Source of the DNA: an uncultured Acidobacteriota bacterium
GTDB taxonomy: Bacteria; Acidobacteriota; Thermoanaerobaculia; Multivoradales; UBA5704
Length of the DNA stretch: 64,000 nucleotides
Assembly (NCBI GenBank): GCA_963770895.1
Contig: CAVYRF010000002.1
Location: 128,001 to 192,000 of the forward strand
Reading direction: 5' to 3'
In this document: piece after piece, positions 36,451 through 45,894 of the stretch
How the letters are laid out: each line of letters starts with the position of its first letter
Position numbering within the stretch: the first letter of the stretch is position 1
Program-made: the position numbers and the translations under genes
Notes under the pieces: model-generated
What the model was told of the DNA's origin: nothing
The model's input: the letters and a program-made list of their open reading frames with translations, nothing else
Database searches by the model: none

Positions 36451-37406
36451 CCGGCGGGAGACGCGGCGGGCTCGGCGGGCGGCGTGTTGGGCGGGGCCTC
36501 TCCCAGGCGGTCGCGCAGCGCGGCGTACTTGGTGTCCAGAGTCTCCCAGACGGCGGCGATCTGCTCCAGGCGCTGGTCCAGCTCGATCGTCCAGTGCTCG
36601 GCCCTGACCGGGTCCAGCTTGACGCTCGCCAGGCGATAGGACAGCGCCTCGAAGCGCAGCGGCACAGGTCCCAGCAAGAGCTTCGCCGACAGCATCTCAG
36701 CCCCCGCTTCCAGGTAACGAAAGAGCTCGTGCAGCACGCCGCCGGTCAGCGTCACGCGCGCCTCGTGCGTCGCCAGGCGCACGCTCCCCTTTTCGGGCTC
36801 GACCATCACTTCCGGCTCCTCGATCAGAGCCCGCAGGAAGCGGCAGCCCAGCACCGATTCGCCCGGCTCGCGCGGCAGCACGATGTCGCTCGCTTCGTCC
36901 ACCTCGGGGGCGGTGTCCAGCCACGGCGCCTTGGGCTCCGCCGCCACGCCCGCCTGGCGCAGCAGCGTCAGGACGCTCCCCAGGGCGCTCTTGGCTGTGC
37001 TGCCGACGTAGAGCAGGCCGCCGTCGATGCAGCATTCCAGGATGGTGCTGCGCGGCGCCTGACGGCGGATCAGCTCCTCCTCCGCCATCTCGCGCAGGCG
37101 TTTGCGCGTCTTGCCGCCGACGAACGGCGCGCCGGTCGCCTCCATCTCGGCGCGCACCAGCTCGCGCACCCGCTCGCGCACCGCCGTGGCGTCGGGACGC
37201 AAGCGGTCGATGCGCACGCGGAACGCATACCGCCCCTTGCCAACCTCGTAGGGCGCCTCCAGCTCGAACGGCACAAACCCCACCCGCTCGCGCACCTCCG
37301 ACCCCGCTTCGATGGCGTGAAACGGCGCCCGCTCGAAGTCGGGACCCTCCGCCGGCATCGCCACGTTGTAGCGGGTCACACTCACCGTTCCATGCAGGAT
37401 TCCCAT
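36447..37406 (-). CDS. RdgC-like hypothetical protein
   Basis: N-terminus MGILHGTVSVTRY...FRVRIDR...KRLREMAEEEL resembles RdgC-related proteins; recognised by eye only. Confidence 0.55.
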   Translation of the reverse strand: MGILHGTVSVTRYNVAMPAEGPDFERAPFHAIEAGSEVRERVGFVPFELEAPYEVGKGRYAFRVRIDRLRPDATAVRERVRELVRAEMEATGAPFVGGKTRKRLREMAEEELIRRQAPRSTILECCIDGGLLYVGSTAKSALGSVLTLLRQAGVAAEPKAPWLDTAPEVDEASDIVLPREPGESVLGCRFLRALIEEPEVMVEPEKGSVRLATHEARVTLTGGVLHELFRYLEAGAEMLSAKLLLGPVPLRFEALSYRLASVKLDPVRAEHWTIELDQRLEQIAAVWETLDTKYAALRDRLGEAPPNTPPAEPAASPAG

Positions 37407-37614
37407 CGTCCGCCAGCCTCGCCGCTCGACTTGGTGTCCCGTGCATTTGGCGCGGGAAACTGGATGCCCGCCTGTCCATGGGCAGCGCGGCCCGGATCAT
37501 AGCTCACCGTGTGCCGGCGGAAGGCGGCGGCAGTCCTGGCAGATCCCCTGGCCGGCGGCGGCCCGGTTGAACCCAGGCCGCCGCCGGCCCCCCAGAAACT
37601 GGTCGGCGACCGGA

Positions 37615-38976
37615 TCAGTGCTGGCTGGCGATCGCCTTGCCGTCGTTGACCCTGCCGTTGGCGTAGGTGCTGAACGGACCGATCGGGTCGGCCGTCAGGG
37701 CCAGGACCAGCGCCGTGTAGGCCGGCACCAGGTCCAGCGGCTTGCCGTCGAAGCCGTCGAGCTGCGCCGCCACCCCTGCCACCGTCGGCGAGGCGAAGCT
37801 GGTGCCGGCCCCCAGGACGTAGGAGTTCTCGTCGCCGCAGATGGCGCTGGAGCACGCGCCCAGGATGAGCGACTGTTCAGACTGCGGGATGGTCGGGCAG
37901 GCCGGCAGCGCCGCCTCCGGGTTGGGCAGATCGCCGCCCGGAGCGCCGACCCAGGTCACGGCGCCGAAGTTGGAATAGCTGGCGAGCTGGTCCTGGATGT
38001 TGGTCGCGTAGATGGCGATGGCCCCCGGCGACTGCGCGGGCAGCTCGATGTTGGGGCCGAACAGGTTGAGCTCGACGCCGTCGTTGCCGGCGGCCACCAC
38101 CACCAGCTTGCCGCGCAACGTGGCAAAGAACACCGCGCGGCCGATCGCGTCGATCAGCGACCCGTTGCCGGCCTTCGGCACGTTCGCCCCCAGGCTCATG
38201 TTGATGATGCGCACGTTGGGCAGGCTGGCCGCGTAGTCGATCCCGGAGATGACGTCGCCGAAGCTGCCGGAGCCCTGGCAGTTGAGCACCTTGACCATCA
38301 CCACGTCGGAGCGCGGGGCCAGGGCGCCCATGCCGATGAGGTTGCCGGTGATCTGGCTCGACACGAAGGTGCCGTGGAAGAAGTAGTCGAAAATCGTCGT
38401 CTCGTCGACGCTGCCGCAGGGCGAAGTGCCCGGCGTGATCTCGCTGACGCTATTGGTCAGGTCCACCTTGCCGACCAGGTCGATATGGTTGGGATCGATC
38501 CCCGTATCGAGCACCGCCACCTCCACCTTGGGCGAGCCGAAGGCCCCCTGCGCCCAGGCGCCGGGAGCATTGATCTGGGGAAAGTTCCACTGACAGCCAT
38601 AGAAGAATGCCCCCTGCGGGTTGGGCGGCGGCGTCGGCGGGTGGGACAGCGCGACCGCCCCCTGGATCACCTGCGAGGCCGGCGGAGTCCACTGCACCTG
38701 GGTGTCCAGACTGACGCTCTGGATACCGCCCTGCGCCGCCAGGTTGGCCGCGAAGTTGGCATTGGCGGAGGTGGCCTGGGCGACGCCGAACCCGGCATGC
38801 GTGTGTGTCAGGGTGCCGCCCGCGGCGGCGACCATGGTCGCCAGGTTGGCCGGCAGGCTGGCGCTGGAGGTCGCCTCGATGACGTACGAAGCGGCGGTTG
38901 CTGCCTGTGCCGGAAGCGCCGCCGCCAGAAGCAGAACGACGGCAAGCCCCGACAGGAAAACCTTCATCCTCGACAT
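37615..38976 (-). CDS. secreted S8 subtilisin-like serine protease
   Basis: Signal peptide; VAVLDTGID, HGT, AAGND and GTSFASP catalytic motifs. Confidence 0.93.
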   Translation of the reverse strand: MSRMKVFLSGLAVVLLLAAALPAQAATAASYVIEATSSASLPANLATMVAAAGGTLTHTHAGFGVAQATSANANFAANLAAQGGIQSVSLDTQVQWTPPASQVIQGAVALSHPPTPPPNPQGAFFYGCQWNFPQINAPGAWAQGAFGSPKVEVAVLDTGIDPNHIDLVGKVDLTNSVSEITPGTSPCGSVDETTIFDYFFHGTFVSSQITGNLIGMGALAPRSDVVMVKVLNCQGSGSFGDVISGIDYAASLPNVRIINMSLGANVPKAGNGSLIDAIGRAVFFATLRGKLVVVAAGNDGVELNLFGPNIELPAQSPGAIAIYATNIQDQLASYSNFGAVTWVGAPGGDLPNPEAALPACPTIPQSEQSLILGACSSAICGDENSYVLGAGTSFASPTVAGVAAQLDGFDGKPLDLVPAYTALVLALTADPIGPFSTYANGRVNDGKAIASQH

Positions 38977-39137
38977 GACAGAGCGCTCCTTTCCAGAGTG
39001 CATGAATACGTGATCAAGTTTGTTAAGTATACAGCCTTGCTACGATACTGCGTCAATCAGCATGGGACTGAATCCGCCGACCGCCGCTGCCCCTTTCCTC
39101 CATGAGTGCTTCCAGGACACAATCGCAGCCTCAAGAA

Positions 39138-39542
39138 ATGAAGAATCTCCACGGCTCAGCCCGCTCCGCCGCGGCGCCGCAGCCGGTCGACGAAGCCGGC
39201 CGCCTTGCCGCTCTCGACCAGATGCGGGCCGCGTACACACCCGCCGAAGAGCGCAGGATGGCGGTGGGGCGCTACGGCGGCGAAGAGTTCCTGATGGTCC
39301 TGGGCGGCTGCGATCGCGATGCCGCGGCAAGGATCGCCGAAACCGTCCGCCAGCGGGTGGCGGCGACCCCGGTGGCCTCCGGCGGCGGGGCGCTGCAGGT
39401 GCGCATCAGCCTGGCCGTGACCGCCACGGACCCGGCAGCGCCGCAGCCCGAAGTGCCGGCGCTGGTGCATGCCGCCGACCAGGCGCTGTACCGCGCCAAG
39501 GCCGCCGGACGCAACCGCGTCGAGCTGGCCGCGGCCCCGTAG
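39138..39542 (+). pseudogene. internally deleted GAF-GGDEF diguanylate cyclase
   Basis: PVDEAGRLAALD...TPAEER (a GAF-lead helix) is joined directly to GRYGGEEF...ADQALYRAKAAGRN. The first DxDxFK motif is absent. Confidence 0.7.
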
Positions 39543-39601
39543 TCAACCAGGGGCCGCGGCGTCGCCGTGGGGCGCGGTGATGCGGTGAAAATCCGAGTTG
39601 C

Positions 39602-42600
39602 CTATTCCCGGTGATTGGACGACGTGCTGGTTCCAGCCGGCGGCACCAGCGACTTCACCCCGATCGCCGGATCCCCCAGCAGGGTGTACAGGTTCACCGT
39701 GTCCAGCAGGCCCGGCTCGTTGGCGTACTGGATCAGCGCCTGGCGCATGACGTCGCCCAAGCGCAGGCTGGCGGGCTGGGCCAGCTGCAGGTAGAACAGA
39801 CGCGACAGCTCGACGCCCTGCGGATGGAGCGACACGCCCGACGAGCTCCAGATGCCGACGACGCCGCCGCCGGGCTGGTTTGCCAGCAGCGCCCCCAACG
39901 GCGAGTAGCCGGGAACGTCGAAGCGGTTGACGTTGCAGGTCAGGGCCGCCATCATCGGCACCCGCGGCCCGTTGGTCAGCGTCACCGCGTCGGCCGACGT
40001 CAGCAAGCCGAGCGGCGACAGACGGTCCAGGCCGGCATGGCCGAAGTAGTTCACCAGGCCGGCGCCGCTGGCCAACCCGCTGAACAGCGCCGAGCGCGCG
40101 CCGGCCACCGTGTCAGGCGTCACCGCGATCTGCTGCGGCGCATACCCCGCGGGCAGGCCGCCGGCGATCGCCGTGCTGTCGGCCACGTAGTTGGTCACGC
40201 CGTCGTCGGGGCCCGGCGAATCGGCGAGCATCAGCGCCTGGTCGATCCAGGAACCGCTGGGGGCCGCTTCGAAGGCGGCCAGCTTGGAAACGTACGCCTG
40301 CAGCTCGCTGTTGCTCAACACCGGCAGGCGACCGACCGCAAAGTCGGGGATGCCGTCGCCGTCGACGTCCACCATGTGGTTGTCGGACGCGAACAGGCCT
40401 TCGTCGGTCTCGACCATCAGGGGCGGCACCAGCTCGCCCCCCAGGTTCAAGAAGTTGCGATAGTCGAAGCTGCCGTCGCCGGCGAACACCACGTAGCGCG
40501 GCACCGGGTTCCACCGCGCCCGCACGTAGGCCAGGAACGACTGGATCGCGTGCGGGTTGTAGAGGCCGGCGTTGAACTCGTCCATCACCGCGCCGACGTT
40601 GACGATCGCGGTGCGCAGCCCCTGCTGGGCGCGCAACGCCGCCAGCGCCGCGGCGCCCTGCGCCAGGTCCGTCGTGGTCAGGATCAGATAGTCGGCGCCG
40701 CCGGACTGTTCCGCCAGACCGGTGCTCACGCCAGCCTGCACCGACGCGGGCACCATCACCCCCGTCGGGCCCACCGCCAGATACGGCGTCGTCGCCGACG
40801 ACGGCACCAGGGTCAGCTGCGCGCCAGACTGCGTGGCGGTCACCTTGGCGCCGCTCACCACCGCCGGCTGGGCGGGATTCGTCAGGTCCAGCAGGTGGAT
40901 CGCCGGTCCCGAGAAGCCGCCGACCGTCACCAGGGAGTTGCCCGAGCCGTTGAAGGCAAGCATGTCGCCGGTGGCGGCAAAGGCGCGCTCGTAGGCAACG
41001 TCAAAGCTCTGCAGGTAGACGATGCTCGAGCTCGCCCCCTGGCCCAGCTGCGCGCTCAAGGTCACCGTGTTGCTGCCATTCGCATTCAGGCCCGAGGCCG
41101 CAAAGGTCGCGGTCTGGGCGGTCGTGCCCGACCACGACGTCGTGCCGAGCGCAACGCCGTTCAGGCTGACCGCCACCTCCTGCGGACTGGCGGTGGCGCC
41201 GGCAAGGTGCACCGTCAGCTGCTGGCCGCCGCCGGCATTGACGTTCGGCGCCGCGACCGTGTACGACTTGCTGCCATCCACCGGATCGCCGGCGATCAGG
41301 TCGTCCCAATACCAGTAGTCCGACTCGGGATCGGCCGGCACCGCCGTCGCCGCGAAGCTCGCCACGCGCGTCGACACGGTGTTCGAGAAGCTTTCCGTCG
41401 AGCTGCCCGTCCCGATGGGAGCGGCCGTGGTCACGCTCCCCATGGTGGCGCCGTTGCCGCGCACCAGCCAGTAGACGTTGTTCACCGTATAGATGCTCTG
41501 GATCGCCTGGCCGTAGAACAGCACCGAGCCGTCCGTATCCTGCGTCCACGCCACCGGCTGCCCCTGGTTGGTGAGCGTGTACTTGCCCTGCTTGCTGCCC
41601 AGGTTCGCCGGCAGACCCGCGCTGCCGTAGAGCGGCGCGAGCATCGCCGGCGCGATCCGATACAGGCCGTTTTGCGTCACGCTGATCTTGAGCCGGATGG
41701 GACTTGCGGCCGTCGCCGCGGCGCCGGTAGCCGGCGCCAGCGCGGCCTGGGTCGTCGCCTGCGCCGGAAGAGCCGCGGCGCCAGCCTCCGTCGCCGCGGC
41801 GGCAAGCCTGCCCGCCCACGCCGGGTCGCGGCGCGCCTGCCGATCCGAGGTAGATGTAGATGGATCGGACGCGGCCAGCGACGCCGGCGCGGTGCCAGGA
41901 GGCTCGATCGCGACCGCGAACGGATAGTGCCGCTGACCGCCGTTGATTTCGGTTTCGACCACCAGGTAGTGCACCACGCCGCTCGGCGGCGCGCTCTCGT
42001 CCAGCACCCGGTAGTTGCCTCCCTGAGGGGCGCCGGCCACGGCCCCCACCAGCGAACGGTTCACCTTGTGCCAGGTCCCCGTCGCCTCCTCCCGGCGGTA
42101 CAGGTCGAACCCGGCGGAAGCCATCTCGGAAGCCGTCTGCCAGCTCACCAGCACGCCGCCGTGATCGGCGGCGACGGCGCGCAGATCCGCCACCTCGGCC
42201 GCGCTCAACACCCCCTGGGTGGCGGCCAGCTCGCACAACGGACCGAACGTCAACGTCGCCCGCAGCTGCGCCGTATTGCCGGTCTCATCCACCCAGGTGC
42301 CGCGGGTGCCGTTGCCCGAAGCCACCGTGCCCACCACCGTGATGCGCTGGCCGGTCGTCGTCGGCGTCACCTTCACCAGGTAGTTGAGCAGCGCCGTCGT
42401 CCCCGCCGCCACCGTGGCAGGGTTCCAGGTGATGTTGCCGGTGCCGCCGGTCGCCGGCTGGGCCGTGATCGTGCCCTGCGTCACTCCCGCGCTGCCGCCA
42501 TACACCGCACCGCCGCCGGGAACGTTCACCGTCACCAGGTCGGTGCCCGAAAACGTGATCGCATGGGCGGTCGGATTGACCACCTGCACCGTCACCTGGA

Positions 42601-43804
42601 ACGTCGTCGCCGTCCCCACCACCGGCGGATTCGGGCCTCCCGCGCCGCCCAGGAACACGTAGCGCACCTCCTGCTCCATGTACGGCTTCACCGGCGCGCC
42701 GCCGGCGTCCGTCGGCACGTACACCCGGTACGTGTTCGGCGTCGGCGAATTGTTGGCCGGCGGCGTCGCCGTGCCGTTGGTCGCCAGGTAGATGTTGGCG
42801 TAGTTGCCGTTGATGCCGGCATCGTTGGTGTAATTGCCGATCGTCGCCTTCATCGACCAGATCCCGTAGTCGACCGAATCGGTGTCCGACGTATACCCCG
42901 TCACGTTGTTGGTGTTCCAGACGTCGTTCTCGGACAGCCCGGTGTTGGCGATGTTCTTGGTGAAACTGCCGAGGCGGCTGGTGAAGTCGATCGTCCCCAC
43001 TGCCTGGTTGGCGTTGCCGTTGTCCAGGTCGTAATCGAAGTCATTTTCCTCAAAGGTGCAGCCCGACGTGATGTACGGATAGAACTGGTACGTCTTGGTG
43101 CCGCTCCCCGTCGTCGGCGGGTTCTGCCCGATCTGGTTCTGCGCCTGGTAATACACCGGCAGCTCCGTGGCATCCGTCTGGCTGCCATCGTCAGCCTGGA
43201 TCCCGAACGCGTTGATATCCGAGTCGGCCGTCGTATCCACGGCCGTGCTCTGGTCCACGTCCAGCTCCCAATGCCCATTTGCGATCGGCGTCGTCGTCGT
43301 ATCCAAAATGCTCGACCAGGCGTTGTCCACGCAGAACGCCGTGGTCGTATGGGCGCAAGTCTGCGTCGCCACCGTCGTCCCGGCCGGATTGATCAATGTG
43401 TATTTAACACTGGAATTGAAAGCCGCATTGCGCGTCCGATCCCGCTGCGCCGTCGCCTCCCCCGTCCCCCCCGCCCCAAAGTCCGCATCAAAGATCTGGA
43501 TCCGCAACCGCGTAAGCCCCGAAGGCACCTCGATGTAGTACCGATAGATCGTGTCGAGCGGCGTCACACTGCAAGGCCCCGTGCACCCCGTACTGGCCAC
43601 GCTGGAGCTGACGTAGTCCCCATCCTGAGACTCCGCCCCCGTAGCCTGAGGCATGAACAGCGAAGCCGTCCCCGTGCTGGCCGCCTTCGCCGGCACCCCA
43701 CCCACCCACCCCAGCCCCAGCAACGACCCCACCGCCACCACCCGCAGCCCCACCCGCCATCCACGCTCAACCCGACCCAAAATCCATCCACTGACGGCAC
43801 TCAT
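39602..43804 (-). CDS. large secreted protein with a C-terminal C25 (gingipain/PorU-like) cysteine peptidase domain
   Basis: Signal peptide, Thr/Gly-rich beta domains, VSWQTASEMASAGFDLYR, then VGRLP, NYFGHAG, LTCN and LLGDP. Confidence 0.88.
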   Translation of the reverse strand: MSAVSGWILGRVERGWRVGLRVVAVGSLLGLGWVGGVPAKAASTGTASLFMPQATGAESQDGDYVSSSVASTGCTGPCSVTPLDTIYRYYIEVPSGLTRLRIQIFDADFGAGGTGEATAQRDRTRNAAFNSSVKYTLINPAGTTVATQTCAHTTTAFCVDNAWSSILDTTTTPIANGHWELDVDQSTAVDTTADSDINAFGIQADDGSQTDATELPVYYQAQNQIGQNPPTTGSGTKTYQFYPYITSGCTFEENDFDYDLDNGNANQAVGTIDFTSRLGSFTKNIANTGLSENDVWNTNNVTGYTSDTDSVDYGIWSMKATIGNYTNDAGINGNYANIYLATNGTATPPANNSPTPNTYRVYVPTDAGGAPVKPYMEQEVRYVFLGGAGGPNPPVVGTATTFQVTVQVVNPTAHAITFSGTDLVTVNVPGGGAVYGGSAGVTQGTITAQPATGGTGNITWNPATVAAGTTALLNYLVKVTPTTTGQRITVVGTVASGNGTRGTWVDETGNTAQLRATLTFGPLCELAATQGVLSAAEVADLRAVAADHGGVLVSWQTASEMASAGFDLYRREEATGTWHKVNRSLVGAVAGAPQGGNYRVLDESAPPSGVVHYLVVETEINGGQRHYPFAVAIEPPGTAPASLAASDPSTSTSDRQARRDPAWAGRLAAAATEAGAAALPAQATTQAALAPATGAAATAASPIRLKISVTQNGLYRIAPAMLAPLYGSAGLPANLGSKQGKYTLTNQGQPVAWTQDTDGSVLFYGQAIQSIYTVNNVYWLVRGNGATMGSVTTAAPIGTGSSTESFSNTVSTRVASFAATAVPADPESDYWYWDDLIAGDPVDGSKSYTVAAPNVNAGGGQQLTVHLAGATASPQEVAVSLNGVALGTTSWSGTTAQTATFAASGLNANGSNTVTLSAQLGQGASSSIVYLQSFDVAYERAFAATGDMLAFNGSGNSLVTVGGFSGPAIHLLDLTNPAQPAVVSGAKVTATQSGAQLTLVPSSATTPYLAVGPTGVMVPASVQAGVSTGLAEQSGGADYLILTTTDLAQGAAALAALRAQQGLRTAIVNVGAVMDEFNAGLYNPHAIQSFLAYVRARWNPVPRYVVFAGDGSFDYRNFLNLGGELVPPLMVETDEGLFASDNHMVDVDGDGIPDFAVGRLPVLSNSELQAYVSKLAAFEAAPSGSWIDQALMLADSPGPDDGVTNYVADSTAIAGGLPAGYAPQQIAVTPDTVAGARSALFSGLASGAGLVNYFGHAGLDRLSPLGLLTSADAVTLTNGPRVPMMAALTCNVNRFDVPGYSPLGALLANQPGGGVVGIWSSSGVSLHPQGVELSRLFYLQLAQPASLRLGDVMRQALIQYANEPGLLDTVNLYTLLGDPAIGVKSLVPPAGTSTSSNHRE

Positions 43805-44080
43805 CGCACATCTCCTCCTCAGAACCTTAAGAGGCTTTCCCGCAGCAGTTTACCACACGCACCCATCCCACCCCCTGCCGCCCTTCCCCCTGTTTCCCCC
43901 GCCACCCAGCGCCCCATGGCACCAGCCGCCGCGCCCGCCTGCCCCCCACTGCCCCCGTCGGAGTCCCTGCGGCGCCCACTCCCCCACCCCCATCCCTCCA
44001 AAGACCGCCAGCCCGAGGTCCATCTACACCAGTACGCACACCACAACCTCCACATTGGACCCGCAACCCACCAGCCTTAC

Positions 44081-44109
44081 TTGACCCGCTATCAACCTGG
44101 TCCTACCAT
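44081..44109 (+). promoter_or_regulatory. tRNA promoter
   Basis: TTGACC-N17-TACCAT, ending 12 bp before the tRNA. Confidence 0.6.
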
Positions 44110-44121
44110 GGCTCTCCCTGC

Positions 44122-44198
44122 GCGGCTGTAGCTCAGGTGGAAAGAGCAGGAGTTTCCTAAACTCTTGGTCGGGGGTTCGAGTCCTCCCAGCCGCACCA
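44122..44198 (+). tRNA. tRNA-Arg (CCT)
   Basis: Acceptor stem GCGGCTG/CAGCCGC, anticodon arm GGAGT-TTCCTAA-ACTCT, GGTTCGAGT T-loop and an encoded CCA. Confidence 0.96.
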
Positions 44199-44244
44199 TT
44201 AAAATCAATGGGTTAGGGATAGAGCCGGCTCCCGGTCCTATCCA

Positions 44245-44265
44245 AAAGTCAGCAGAAAGTCAGCA
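44245..44265 (+). repeat. 10-bp direct repeat AAAGTCAGCA x2 (possible integrase arm-type sites)
   Basis: Copies at 44245-44254 and 44256-44265; 11-bp period; 47 bp from the tRNA end. Confidence 0.55.
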
Positions 44266-44310
44266 ATCCGCGGAATGTCGGCCGCGCTCGCAAGATCACC
44301 CAGCTCTGCC

Positions 44311-44613
44311 ATGAACGCCAAAGTGCCAATCGATCTGGTCGCCATCAGCGATCTCTGCCGACGTTGGAGGGTCACGGAGCTCTCCCTCTTCGGGTCGGTG
44401 CTGCGCGACGACTTTCGGCCCGACAGCGACATCGACGTCCTGGTGACTTTCGCCGCAGACGCGCCGTGGAGTCTTCTCGACCTCGTGACCATGCGGGAGC
44501 ACCTGCGGCAAATCCTCGGCCGCGAGGTCCATCTCATCGAGCAGGAGGGCTTGCGCAACCCATTCCGGCGGCAGGCGATCCTGAGCCACAGAGAGGTGAT
44601 CTTTGCCGCTTGA
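44311..44613 (+). CDS. minimal nucleotidyltransferase antitoxin (MntA-like)
   Basis: LFGSVLRDDFRPDSDIDVLV matches GSx10DxD. Confidence 0.92.
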   Translation: MNAKVPIDLVAISDLCRRWRVTELSLFGSVLRDDFRPDSDIDVLVTFAADAPWSLLDLVTMREHLRQILGREVHLIEQEGLRNPFRRQAILSHREVIFAA

Positions 44614-44965
44614 GGACCGGGACCCGGCATACCTCTGGGACATGCTGGAAGCAGCTCAGACGCTCCACGAGCTGATCGCAGGCTTCTCCGTTGCCGCCTA
44701 CGTAGCCGACCGGAAAACGCAGCTCGCGGTCGAGCGGGCGATCGAAATCCTCGGCGAAGCTGCGCGTCGGGTCTCGCCAACCGTTCAGCAGGCACATCCC
44801 TAGATCCCGTGGGCAGGCATCATTGCCCAGCGGAACGTCATCGCCCACGAATATGGAGAGATCAAGCAGGAGCGGTTGTGGGTGGTGGCAACGGTGCACA
44901 TCGAAGACCTGATCCCGAAACTACGGTTGCTCGTGCCTCCAGTGCCGCCAGAAGGGATTGCCTGA
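44603..44965 (+). pseudogene. HEPN/DUF86 (HepT-like) RNase toxin with an in-frame TAG
   Basis: ...QAHP*IPWAGIIAQRNVIAHEY; the TAG at 44801-44803 precedes the Rx4HxY motif. Confidence 0.88.
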
Positions 44966-45147
44966 TCCGAGGCGCCGCGCTGGCCGCGGGCAGTTCCGGC
45001 GGTGTCGCTGTGGGGTCGAGGCAGCCAACAGTTGCGGCGGGCGACCTGGCGCTGCCGCCGATTAGGCGCCTGTCGGGGCATGTGCCTATGACGACCTCGC
45101 CGGCTGGCCGCCTCAGTGGCCACCGCCGACCACATCTATCCAGCGCT

Positions 45148-45588
45148 TTAAGATGCCGAGGGCATCGGCTTGACCAGGGCGCTGTCCTGCGCACGGTTGC
45201 CGGCGCCGATCACGATCGAGCCTTGTGGCAAGGTGTACTCCCCCACCCGCCGCTCGTGCACCAGGCTATAAAACGCCTTTTGCACCTCGTACGAGCAGGC
45301 ATTCAGTTCATCTAGGAACAAACAATAGGGCTCCCTCCGGGCGATGGTCGCCGGCGGATAGAAGCGGCTTACTCCACCCTCGATCTTGGGCACCCCTATC
45401 AAATCCTCGGGCGCCAGCTGGCTTCCCAGGAGCGACACACAAGGGAGCCCCAGGCGCTCCGAGAACTGCGCCACCAGGCTCGACTTGCCGATTCCGGGCT
45501 GCCCCCAGATGAACACCGGACGCCGCATCGCCATATTGAGCAGGAAGTCGGCGAGCTGGGACTGACTAAGCGTGCGGACCGGGTTCAT
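45148..45588 (-). pseudogene. truncated MoxR-like AAA ATPase
   Basis: WGQPGIGKS, LFLDELN and GAGN are present, but the ORF stops at PMPSA before the arginine finger and lid. Confidence 0.8.
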
Positions 45589-45741
45589 GGAGATCGACGC
45601 CGCGGGAGCCCGGCCTCGGAGGGCAGCCTGTCCCCTCGCGACCCGGAAGGGACCTGGCGCGCCGCGGCAGCCGGGCGCCGGATCAGGTGGTCGAATCGTT
45701 CAGCTGACAGAAAGCGACGAGCCACACGCTAGGGTTTGAAC

Positions 45742-45894
45742 TCAGTTCTCTTCGATGCCAGTTGGGTTTGGCTGGTAGAAGTCAGTCGGTTTGGGCGCGG
45801 GCGAGGCGCCAGCACCGCCTGTCACCATGGCGAGATCTCCTTCGGAAGTGCGCTTCGGCGGCTTGAACGCGGCGGCAGGATTTACCTTTTTCAT
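45742..45894 (-). CDS. 50-aa peptide with a double-glycine-type leader
   Basis: AAGGGAG RBS; MKKVNPAAAFKPPKRTSEGDLAMVTGG|AGASPAPKPTDFYQPNPTGIEEN. Confidence 0.65.
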   Translation of the reverse strand: MKKVNPAAAFKPPKRTSEGDLAMVTGGAGASPAPKPTDFYQPNPTGIEEN

